Below, in pieces: positions 12,991-28,487 of a stretch of 64,000 nt of DNA. A program made the position numbers and the translations under genes. The notes beneath the pieces are model-generated. The model was not told the origin of the DNA and searched no databases. It worked only from the letters and a program-made list of their open reading frames with translations. This stretch comes from Eledone cirrhosa (lineage: Eukaryota), in NCBI GenBank assembly GCA_964016885.1, contig OZ024745.1:30504001-30568000 (forward strand), written 5' to 3'. Every line of letters starts with the position of its first letter. The first letter of the stretch is position 1.

Positions 12991-13519
12991 ATAAATCTAC
13001 CAAAATATACGTTATTGACCAATCCGTATGAAGAACTCAATGTAATCCAAATATCATGAAAAGAGAAGATGCATTCAAAAATTTCCGATGAAAATCATAG
13101 GAACAACACTCTTTAATAACATCTAATTCTTATTTATCACATTCGTATGAATTAATATAAATTTATCCCTATAAGTATACCTATCAATTAATTTAATTTC
13201 TTGTTATAGACCTAGATTCCTTGTGGTTTAAATAAGATTGGTATTTCTCACTAATACCCTTACCCTTTCCTTCGTTTTTAACATTATTCTTTAACATCAA
13301 ATTTTTGTGTATCCTTCACTGGCTTGACCTCTTTTCATCCCCAAAGTATTCTTTTCATTCAAAACATAAATCTGCACCCCTCTACCCCTAAATTAAATTT
13401 CTACTACCACTATTCTATCAACTTGACCTCTAACTACTTTTCTATTGGTCAATTCAAAACCTGTTCCCAAACAGACCTTTTATATTAAATCTTTGTTGGT
13501 TTTTTTCAATAAACAAATC

Positions 13520-13655
13520 TCATCATTTCTGAAGACAGCATGTATATGTGAAGGTATGTATATTTCCTCTGATAATATGTAATATTTTTACATAGATCTA
13601 TATGATATACATACCAACACACATATACATCCTAGAAACGATCGTAAAATGATGA
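13520..13655 (+). ncRNA. Type-I hammerhead ribozyme fold, palindromic stem III, about 100-nt stem II domain
   Basis: Stem I TCATCATTT (13520-28)/AAATGATGA (13647-55); CTGAAGA (13529-35); stem II ATGTATATGTG/CACATATACAT; GAAACGATCGTA (13635-46). Confidence 0.78.
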
Positions 13656-13707
13656 ATTTTTTAATATAAAGAACTTGTTCTTTGTTTTTATTTCATTGTT
13701 TTTATTA

Positions 13708-13741
<34 letters not shown>

Positions 13742-13746
<5 letters not shown>

Positions 13747-13873
13747 AAAAAGTTTAACCCCGACGGCAGAGCTGAAGCCGTTTCGACGGCTATTTCTGGA
13801 TATTTCCGGCTATTTCCAGAAATAGCCGTCGAAACAGCTTGAGCTCTGCCGTCGGGGTTCAACTTTTTCCTAT
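13742..13873. repeat. Fold-back palindrome, 59-bp arms, 14-nt loop
   Basis: 13742-13800 versus 13815-13873, 3 mismatches. Confidence 0.93.
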
Positions 13874-14009
13874 TACCCACTCTACTACCCTAAGTATCGA
13901 GTACACTGGTGCGTTATGGTCCATCTGGTTCATTACCACACTTCCTTCGTTTTATATATATATATATATATGAGATATAAGAATCAAAGAACTGTTCAAA
14001 ACATTATTG

Positions 14010-14056
14010 TGCTTACAGCTGTTTCCTCCAAACCGAGGTTTGGATTCTTCGGAGCA
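14010..14056 (-). ncRNA. Minimal type-I hammerhead fold (core mutated to CCGAAGA)
   Basis: Minus strand reads TGCT-CCGAAGA-aTCCAAACCtcGGTTTGGAg-GAAACAGCTGTA-AGCA. Confidence 0.68.
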
Positions 14057-14304
14057 ATTTATTAATGCATGGACAGTTACAACTGCTTAAGGCTTTGTAT
14101 TTACATAACCATAAATAGTATAACTAATACTATATATATATATATTTATATATAAATAAATATATATATATATAAAACGAAGGAAATGTATATATGTATG
14201 TGTGTGTGTGTATCATCATCATCACCGCTAGCATGGGTTAGACAAGTTGTCCCGTTGTGGACAATGTCAGGTCGAGTGACCTTGTCTTGCTCATATGGGA
14301 ACTG

Positions 14305-14350
14305 ATTTCCTAGGATGTAAAGTTATCCTGAACTTTACATCCTAGGAAAT
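14305..14350. repeat. Perfect 20-bp-arm hairpin
   Basis: atttcctaggatgtaaagtt / atcctg / aactttacatcctaggaaat. Confidence 0.93.
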
Positions 14351-14892
14351 TTATAGATTTTGAATCACAAACCCATTTTGAATTGATCGCATGCGATCTA
14401 TTTTATGAGCATGTCACATTTTATACATCTGATATTGTATTTTGTCTGAAGGAGGCATACTATAACTTAGTATCCCTGAAATGCATAGACGGTTGTCCCC
14501 CTTGCTTCTGCTGGACACCACCAGAGGGGTGTTTGCGTAGCTATGGCTTTCTAAAACCGTATTTCTTTAGAAATACGAAATTTCTATACATATTGTATAA
14601 AGCTATGCTTGAAGCGAAATCTTATTTCTTTTCTATTATATATATATATATGTGTGTGTGTGTATGTGCATATATATATGTATGTGTATATATATATGCA
14701 TATATATGTGTGTGTATATATATATATATAATATTAAACATACCATCTTCGGGTGTCCTCATTGTTTTCATTTTTCCAGTAGCAAGTGGTATTTCTAATG
14801 TTAAAAAAATTAAGAGTCTTAAATATCATTTGAAACAACATATTACATTGACTTTTCCCCCTCTATTTATTATGTATATTATAGGTCATTGG

Positions 14893-15078
14893 ATTGGCAG
14901 TTTTGGTAAAGTGTCGGAAAATATGCTTTGTGGCTTGTAATTAAATCACTTTATATTCCAAGTTTAAATCCTGCCGAGATTAGCTCTGCCTTTCATCTTT
15001 ATTGGGTTTATAAAGTAAGGTACCATTTCCACTCCCCAAATTTTGTTTGGTGTTGTGTCTTAAACAGAAATCATTATG
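14893..15078 (+). mobile_element. Old copy of the same SINE family as 1970-2159
   Basis: ttggcag...gtttaaatcctgccgag...tgcctttcatctt...ataaagtaaggtacc...agaaatcattat. Confidence 0.6.
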
Positions 15079-15079
15079 T

Positions 15080-15830
15080 CATCATCATCGTTATCACTGT
15101 TTAACGTCATGTCACACTAGCATGGGTTAAACGAGTTGGCTGTTATGAGACAAGCCAAGTCAGATGACCATGTCTTGCTCATACAGAAATTGTTCTGGTC
15201 TGGTTTCTATGAATGGATGCCCTTCTTAACACCAACCACATTTACAGTGTGGGCTGCGTGCTTTTTGTCATATCACCACGACCACTTTACAGTGTGGCTT
15301 GGGGACATGGTGGGGGGAGGTGCATGGGGATTGGGTTGGTAGATTTAAGGATGGAGTGTTTGGCTGTGGGAGATGCAAGCGTGGGAAGGACATGGATGAA
15401 GGTAAGTGTGTTAGGATGTGGAGGTGTATGGAAGGAGAAGGTAGTGCATACAAGATATATGCTCCAACCTGTACACATGGGAAGGTGGGTCTTCTGTATT
15501 ACTGCATAATGCCAGAGATCTCAATCACCTTTAAGAGGTACAATCGTCAGTTTTTATCACCTCTTATCCCAAGTCTTTCTAGGTTTTCCTACACCATAGC
15601 TTCCATCAACTTTGAGTCCCCTGTACCTTTTATACAGCTCTCATCCTTCATATGTCCATACCAACGCAACCTCCTCTCCCGCATACGGATCCATCTTATG
15701 TCTAGTTTCTATCTCAGTTTATTTATGCTTTGCAATTTATTACACATTCATCATAGCATGGAAGCTTCATTTCTTTCAAACCGTCATAGGTCCTCAGCAC
15801 ACAGTGGCCAGGCCTTACTGCCATGTAAGC
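15080..15830 (-). mobile_element. Degenerate RTE-type LINE 3' fragment
   Basis: 3' UTR (ggatgcccttcttaacaccaaccacatttacagtgtgg) matches 28490-28700; remnant of HGS.W...DL.RFERNEASM. Confidence 0.75.
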
Positions 15831-16010
15831 TTTTGACAACTGCTGGTGATATGCATGTAAGTAACTATTTTCCTTATATGATATTTTGTAACTAACCTTG
15901 CCTATATCGATAACGAAGTATGGCTACGATGTATTATCATCACCTAGAAACGATTGTAAAGCAGTGAAGTATATTTCTAATAACTTTAATTTGTATTTCA
16001 TTGTTTTAAC

Positions 16011-20655
<4,645 letters not shown>

Positions 20656-20659
20656 TCGT

Positions 20660-23600
20660 TTCTGAATTTTTTAGCAAGATTCTTTATCTGAAATCGTGTG
20701 TTGAAACCGATATTGTTATACTATGGGAGGGTCATGTTGCCAATAAGAAACACACGCACCAGTTGCTTTCACTTCAATTTATTATATATTTATAAATTTA
20801 TAAATTTACAATCTACAAACTTATAAATTTCTGGTTGGTTGGTTGGTTCCACAACCAGATAGTTGTTTATATATAGTCATAGTCCTTTCGTCACACACTA
20901 TGTGACCTCTTCAGTGACTGGGGATTCCTTCTTTGTTTCTGTGCCTTTCCTTCTTCTGTCCTACGCCATTTTGTTTCTGTGTGTGTGTTGTGTGCTCAGT
21001 TTGCGCATGCGCCACATCCGGGTGTCTGTGTGTGTTTGTGTTTCATTTTATCTATTTGTTTATTTATTTATTGTTGGTTGGTTGTTTGTTCTATGTGTGT
21101 GTGTGTTTTCATTTTGTCCTTAATTGTAAGTTGTGATGTTGCTGTTCCACTCATATTTTCTATTTAATTTTGGTTGTAATTCTTTTATGCTTACTGCCTC
21201 TGTAATTTGCCTAAACATTGCATCTTTTCTGTGTGTGGATTCTATTTTTATTTCTATGTTCTCTAATTTACCCCTGTGTTCTATCTTAGCATGTTGGTAG
21301 AGCACAGATGATTCTTTATTATCTTGAGGTCTCGCCAGTGTTCATTTATTCGTTCCCCTATACTACGAGCTGTCTCACCTATGTACACTATATTTTGTTT
21401 TCTACATTGTCCTTCAGTACATCTTATGCTATACACTACATTTCTAGTTTTACTGTTAATATGGGGGCTTATTTTACAGGTTATACATTTCTTATCTATA
21501 CATGAGGGTCTTTGGAACGGGTAGTCTTGCTAATAAGTGTTTTTACGGAGGTACCTGTCTTTCTACTATCTTAATATTGAGTTTGTTTATTTAGGGCCCT
21601 TCTAAATTTGTAGGCTAGTTCGCCTCTAGGGGTTGTATTGATGAACATTACACTCTGGTATTTATTGCTATCATACCATGAGTTTATTCTATTGGCCTTG
21701 TTCCTAGTTCTTTCTATTCTATTCCAAAATTTGCTCTATACAAGGAGCAGGTCCCATTTATGTCATTATTTACCATTTTTTCCCATTTGGTTCTGGCTCC
21801 TCTATACACTCTGATTCTATCTCTCTGATTGTAGCCAGAGAACTGCATACGGTGGATGAAGTGTTGTATGTGTCTCTCTAGTTCTTCGGGGTTGCACATG
21901 CGGGACACATTTCTCATCACCCGTACCAAATCCGCAATCAGTATGTGATTTTGGTATGGTCCGAAATGGCCGAGTTTCGGTGGATCAGATGTTTGGAAGT
22001 CATGGGTTTGGCATAATGGCAATGGAGATTGTTTTTGGTTGTTAATGGTATCTACAGAGCTCTGTGTCTAGTACAGGTAATCGATGGTTGGGGTGTCTAC
22101 TTGGGTAGTCTATAGTAACTCTAATGCTCTGGTGGATGGAGTTTGCTATTTGCTGGATGCTTTCCATTGTGTTTTTTCTCTAGTTCCTGACTGTTCTTTA
22201 GTGGGGTGTCTTAACTACGATGTTTATATCATCTACGTAGCGGGAGTACATTATCAGGGTTAAGCTGTCTTCTAATTGTTCTTTAAGTTTTTGTTTAAGT
22301 CTACTGTCACACCCATACCATGAATAAGTTAGCTATGTCGCCTGCAATGCTAACACCAATGGCTGCTCCTTCCTCTTGGGCATATGTTTTTCCATTAAAT
22401 TTGAACATATGTTCCTTAAGGGTTAATTTTATGCTGGCCCCTACCGCATGTGCAATCATTTTCTTCGGTTCATCGTGGTTTTTGGGTGTCCGTATGGCTC
22501 TGGTCCACCCGTTCCATCTATCTGTGTGGGTTTTCTTGGCCATTGAGGTAATGGTAGGTGGTCTGCCTCTTGCTGGTCTTGTAGGGCACAGGTTGCTAGG
22601 TCATATGTGTCTAGGTAACTATTACTATGGGTAAGCTTAAGTAGAAGTCCCAGCTCACTGGTATCAATCCCACGGAACTCAACCTTGCTCTCGCTGTTCA
22701 TTTCTACGCATTTCTCCACAGCAAAATCCACGTCAATAGATGGATACAGGGACACAACATCCATACTGCCTATTATGCAGTTTGTTAGGTCCCCAGATCG
22801 GTTACTCGCGCCGATCTGCTGAGGAGGTCCTCCGTGCTGTCGACATACATCTGGGGACATCTCAATGATGGGGCGTATGATCAGGGAGAGGAAGTAGGAC
22901 AGTCTGTAGTTACTAGCAATGTTAGCTCCACAGGACTGGCCGTGTTGGTGGTCCCGCGACAGGGTCACAGCCCGTTTTATGGTCTTTTCGAAGCCCATAC
23001 AACGCCGGCACGTCATTGTTCCAGGCCTGAAGTTGTTGGCAGTCTTTTGTTGGGCTGCATTATATTCGTCCACATCACCATATGGGCATTGAGGGCTTTT
23101 TCTCTATCCTCATGCTCCTGTGTGTTACCTCTCTTGTGTTAGTGATGTGGGGTTGCATTGCCTGGATGTAGTTTGGCAGGCTGTCAACCGACATTCTGCC
23201 AGACTTGTCTGTTGGAAAGCATGCTATCTCTCCATTACGTGAGCGCTGCATGAGCTTACGCAAGCCATTTGCAGATTTTTCTCCCAGTTGCTGGGCCTCT
23301 ATTCTATTATGCTTCTTGCTATACTGTTCTATAATATTTCTAAGTTCGGATTTAGCTATACTAAATTGTGCTTCTGTTTGTTCATCGACCTGCGACGGCA
23401 ACTGCGTGCGTTTGTTAAATGGTAAAGTCGTGGCGTGGACTCGTCGCAGGTCGAATGATTTATCGGAGGGATTATAAAACGGAGAGTTCCAGGCTGCTGC
23501 TTTATGTGTACTAGTGCTATTGTTAGTTGTGTTGTTTCTATTTCTATTTCCACCAACAGCCTCATGGTTGTTTCTATGTCTCTCATAATTACTCCTGTCT

Positions 23601-23760
23601 CTTTCCACTGCTCAATGTTGTTATCTACCCTATTTTGTGTGTCTGTGTGTTCGTCTTGGTTATTCTCTTTGTCCTTAGTCTCCCATCTCCTTTTCCTTTT
23701 AATCTTATTACTTTCCCTTATTTCTCTGATTTCTGTGCTACTGTCATTACTTGTTTTCTG
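20660..23760 (-). mobile_element. Penelope-like element, degenerate (RT plus C-terminal GIY-YIG plus 3' pseudo-LTR)
   Basis: PTDKSGR, GSMDVVSLYPSID, FKFNGKTYAQEEGAAIG...ANLFM, SRYVDDI (about 22225-22245), MQFSGY, NVVYSIRC...C...YIGETARS (about 21330-21445), RQITEAVSI...LNRKYEW. Confidence 0.88.
20875..20919 (-). ncRNA. Minimal type-I hammerhead ribozyme in the PLE 3' pseudo-LTR
   Basis: Minus strand reads AGTCA-CTGAAGA-gGTCACATagtGTGTGAC-GAAA-GGACTA-TGACT, on the same strand as and downstream of the GIY-YIG ORF. Confidence 0.78.
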
Positions 23761-23764
23761 TCTG

Positions 23765-24190
23765 GCTTCTGTCTTTAGGAAGTCATGCAGCCACTCACCT
23801 ACTTTTCCAGTTATGCCGAGTCCGTGTAGTTTGTGACATATCATTCCGTGGTCAACCTTATCAAAGGCCTTCGCAAAGTCAAGATATATCACGTCCACAT
23901 GTGAGCTATCTAGTAGTTGTTTCAGTACCCAGTCGTAGTGATGTAGCAGCTGTGTAAGGCAGCTTCTTCCTGGGCGGAAGCCATGTTGCGTGCTAGTCAG
24001 GCGGTCATTTTCCTCGAGGAAAGTGATCAGTTCTTTCTGACGACTCGCTTCATGACCTTACTGATATGCGACGTCAGGGAAACTGGTTTATAGTTTTTGG
24101 CCTCTGCTCTGCTACCTCCTTTTATGGATAGGGCATATTGTGCCTTCTTTCAGCTCCCTGGGTAGTACACCGCTAGCCAAGGAGCTTCTA
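23765..24190 (-). mobile_element. CR1/L2/Jockey-group LINE RT fragment
   Basis: KNYKPVSLTSHISKVMKR, QHGFRPGRSCLTQLL, DVIYLDFAKAFDKVDHG...LGITGKVGEWLHDFL. Confidence 0.85.
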
Positions 24191-24358
24191 TATATACATA
24201 TACACATACATATATATATATATATATGTATATATATATGTATATATATATATTCAATAAACAGACCAGGATTTTTTTCATTCTGAGGATTTAAAGCAAA
24301 ATCTTTTGCTTTTAAGAAACCACTGGTAAATGGAATAATTGCCTTATGTTGTTTATAC

Positions 24359-24404
<46 letters not shown>

Positions 24405-24449
24405 GTATAATATATATGTATATGTATATATATATACATATACATATAG

Positions 24450-24731
24450 ACCGGGTGATGTGTTTGTTTCCTTGAGCAAGACACTTTATTTCACATTGCT
24501 CCAGAAATGAGATGATAGGGACTGGGTCCATATCATTCCACTGCAAAGTAGTCATGGAGGTGCCACAGCAAAAAAGCACCACCACTCACTGTAAATGAGG
24601 TTGGTGTTAGGAAGGGCATCCAGCTGTAGAAATGAAGCCAGAATCAGTTCCCGTCCCACCCTTGCAAGCAGGGAAAAGCGGGACGTAAAATGAAATGATG
24701 AATGATGGTGATGATACATCATCATCATCAT

Positions 24732-24737
<6 letters not shown>
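24450..24737 (+). mobile_element. 5'-truncated SINE with RTE-like 3' tail
   Basis: ttccttgagcaagacactttatttcacattgctcc core; tail ggttggtgttaggaagggcatccagctgtagaaa...(GAT)n. Confidence 0.75.
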
Positions 24738-24775
<38 letters not shown>

Positions 24776-24779
24776 AGTG

Positions 24780-24895
24780 AAGGCGTGTGGGTGAGTGGTT
24801 AGAGAATTGGATTCGCAATCGTAAGGTTGTGAGTTCGATTCCTGGACCAGGCGATGCGTTATGTCCTTGAGCAACACTTTATTTCACGTTGCTCC
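24780..24895 (+). mobile_element. tRNA-derived SINE head
   Basis: A-box-like tgggtgagtggttag, B-box gagttcgattcc, followed by the same core as 25615-25920. Confidence 0.75.
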
Positions 24896-25202
24896 TTCTA
24901 CCTGGAGTTGCGACCGATAGATAGTATTAGCAATTGGAAAGACCAACGGAAACATTGTTCCCTCGGTCCGATTTGACGAAAGTCGATCGTTCCTAAAAAT
25001 ATGTATGTATATATATATATATGTATATATGTATATATATATGTATATATATAAATATACAATATATAGAGAAACACACAGATACATGCGGACACATACA
25101 TACACATGAATATATCCACATATATCCCTGAGTTGCTCTATGAATAACTGGGACAAACCAATCCGAGTGGATTAGATTGATTCAGTATCAGAGCTGTATA
25201 AT

Positions 25203-25544
25203 ACATTATGAAGAGAGAAGAAACATTAGATATAATTAGTAATAAGATATATCATACCTAAACTGCTTCTATAGTCCCCGACTACGTACTTTCGTGGTAT
25301 ATTATGCAAAAACACTACATCATAGAGATATAGAGTTTTTGTGAGGTCTGCCGACTTATCAAAACAAAGGCGGAGGGGCAGTCAATCACGTGATACAGCG
25401 GTCAAGAAACAGAGCTAAATCTCTATGATGTAGTGTTTTTGCATAATATGCCACGAAACTACGTAGTCGGGGACTATAGAAGCAGTTTAGGTATGATATA
25501 TCATATTACTAATTATATCTAATGTTTCATCTCTCTTCATAATG

Positions 25545-25545
<1 letters not shown>
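25203..25545. mobile_element. Fold-back/MITE-like element, 127-bp inverted arms, 89-bp spacer
   Basis: 25203-25329 versus 25419-25545, near-perfect inverted repeat. Confidence 0.85.
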
Positions 25546-25579
<34 letters not shown>

Positions 25580-25614
25580 ATATGTATATATATATGTGTA
25601 TATATATATATGTA

Positions 25615-25920
25615 TCATCATTTCATCATTTCATTTTACGTCCGCTTTTCCCTGCTTGCAAGGGTGGGACGGGAACTGATTCTGGCTTGATTTCTACACC
25701 AACCTCATTTACAGTGATTGCCGGGTGCTTTTTTGCCGTGGCACTCACTGCTTTTTGCCGTGGCACCTCCACTATCATCTCATTTCTACAGCTGAGTAAA
25801 CTGGAGCAATGTGAAATAAAGTGTCTTGCTCAAGGAAACAACACATCACCCAGTCTGAGAATTGAACTCACAACCTTTCGATTGCAAGCCCAATGCTCTA
25901 ACCACTAAGCCATGCGTCTT
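25615..25920 (-). mobile_element. Full-length tRNA-derived SINE with RTE-like tail
   Basis: Head tggcttagtggttagagc...gagttcaattctc, core ttccttgagcaagacact, tail ...cggacgtaaaatgaaatgatg. Confidence 0.82.
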
Positions 25921-26044
25921 CATATATATATATATTAGAATAGGTAAATATTTATTATTTTTTAATTTTGATTAATTTTGATTGTATATTAATTTTGATT
26001 TATTTTGAAAAATTGATTGAATTTTACTTGTTCTGCTTATCTTG

Positions 26045-26087
26045 ATATATATATATATATATAAATATATATATATGGACATACTTT

Positions 26088-26156
<69 letters not shown>

Positions 26157-26198
26157 ATATATATATATACACATACATATATACATATATATATATAC

Positions 26199-26249
<51 letters not shown>

Positions 26250-26400
26250 CATATATATATACACATACATATATACATATATATATATATACACATACAT
26301 ATATACATATATATATATATACACATACATATATATATACACATACATATATACATATATATATATATACACATACATATATACATATATATATATATAC

Positions 26401-26431
<31 letters not shown>

Positions 26432-26532
26432 CACATACATATATACATATATATATACACATACATATATACATATATATATATACACATACATATATAC
26501 ATATATATATATACACATACATATATATATAT

Positions 26533-26579
<47 letters not shown>

Positions 26580-26633
26580 CACATATATATATATTATATA
26601 TATATATATATATACACACATACATATATACAT
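26045..26633. repeat. Compound (TA)n/(TACA) microsatellite with 28-30-bp sub-period
   Basis: Direct reading. Confidence 0.95.
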
Positions 26634-27648
26634 ATCATCATCATCGTTTAACGTCCATCTTCCACGCTTGCATGGGTTTGGACGATAATTTTCCCACTTG
26701 AGGCAAGATTGGTTGTCTTGCTCGTATAGGACTGTCTGGCGGGTTTTCTACGGCTGGTTGCCTTTCCTAACACCAACCACGTTTACAGTGTGGGACTGGG
26801 AGGTTTTTACCGTGTTACCTACACGGCCACATTACAGTGTGGACTGTGTGTTTTTTTGTTGTGACACCTACACGACCTCATTTGTTTCGGACTGGATGTT
26901 GTGGTACCAACATAACTTCACATTGAAGGGGGTGTGGTGGGGGGGGTGGATGGGGGGGGGGGGGGTAGTGGGACAGGGGTGTATTTTTGTTATAGGTGCC
27001 TACTTGACTGTAGGTTTCGCTTTGTACTTAGGCAAGGCGGGTCTTCTGTATTACTGTGTAGCGCCAAAGATCTCGGTCCAGTGACATTGTCTTGGAGAGG
27101 CGTAAGTGTGTGAGGTCGGAATTTATCAAGTCAACCCACGTTTATCTGGGTCTGCCTACTCCGCGGCTACCGTCTATTTTTATTGCCCTGCACTTTTTTA
27201 TACAGCTGTCGTTTTTCATGCGCATCACGTGACCGTACGAACATAGTCTTCTCTCGAGTAAACAACATCTGATCCCTCTTATTCCTAATTTCTCCCTTAG
27301 TTCATTTATGCTTTGCCGTTCACGTATATTACTATTACACATCCAGCGGAGCATGCAAGCTTCATTCCTCTCCAGTCTGCGTAGATCCTCTGCACGCAAT
27401 GCCCAAGTCTCACTGCCATGTAACATTGCTGTTCGTATGCAGGCATCATACAGCCTGCCTTTCATTTTTAGAGAGAACCCTTTAGCAGCCAACAGGGGTA
27501 TAAGCTCTCTGAACTTTTTCCATCCCGTCCTGAGTCTAGATACTGTACTTTCAGAGCACCCTCCCACACTGCTGATTTTGTCACCCAGGTAACGGAAGGT
27601 GTCCACTATTTCTATAGAACCATCTGTGCAATGGAATGAGCTAGTATT
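26634..27648 (-). mobile_element. 5'-truncated RTE-type LINE
   Basis: FRYLGD...LHGSETW...LRWMC...GRPR; 3' UTR ends in (GAT)n. Confidence 0.9.
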
Positions 27649-27649
27649 A

Positions 27650-27707
27650 TATAAATATATATATATATAAATATATATATTTATATAAATATATATATAT
27701 ATTTATA

Positions 27708-27742
<35 letters not shown>

Positions 27743-27833
27743 TTAGTCTTTTACCTGTTTCAGCCAGCCGGCTGAGGCCATGCTGGGGCACCACCCTTAT
27801 ATATATTTATATATATATTTATATATATATTTA

Positions 27834-27907
<74 letters not shown>

Positions 27908-28125
27908 CGTGTGTGTGTGTGTGTGTTATATGTATATATGTATGTGTATATTTGTATCTGTATATATATATATATGTATATTTGTATGTATATATATGTA
28001 TATATGTATGTATGTGTATGTATATATGTATGTATATATATATGTATATATGTATGTATGTGTATATATATATATATGTATATATGTATGTGTGTGTGTA
28101 TATATATATATATGTATATATGTAT

Positions 28126-28161
<36 letters not shown>

Positions 28162-28300
28162 GTATACATATATATGTATATATATATATGTATATATATA
28201 TATGTGTATATATATATATATGTATATATATATGTATATAGATATGTATAGATATATGTATATATATTTATATGTATATATATATGTATATATATATATG

Positions 28301-28356
<56 letters not shown>

Positions 28357-28487
28357 CGTATATATATATATATATATATGTGTATTTGTATATATATATA
28401 TATATGTGTGTATATATATATATATATACATACACATATATATATATATATACACATACACATATATATATATATACACATACATAT
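27650..28487. repeat. Compound TA/TG microsatellite, with a short SINE-like end at 27745-27797
   Basis: Direct reading. Confidence 0.93.

Noticed and set aside
20660-23760. Naiad/Chlamys-type (N-terminal endonuclease, selenoprotein) PLE
   Set aside because: GIY-YIG is C-terminal and a hammerhead is present; disruptions are frameshifts and mixed stops rather than a pattern of in-frame TGA
23356-23898. Fusion protein of a CR1-type RT with PLE sequence
   Set aside because: Chance in-frame junction of two decayed elements near 23765
24780-24850. tRNA gene
   Set aside because: A/B boxes run into a SINE core; no proper acceptor stem
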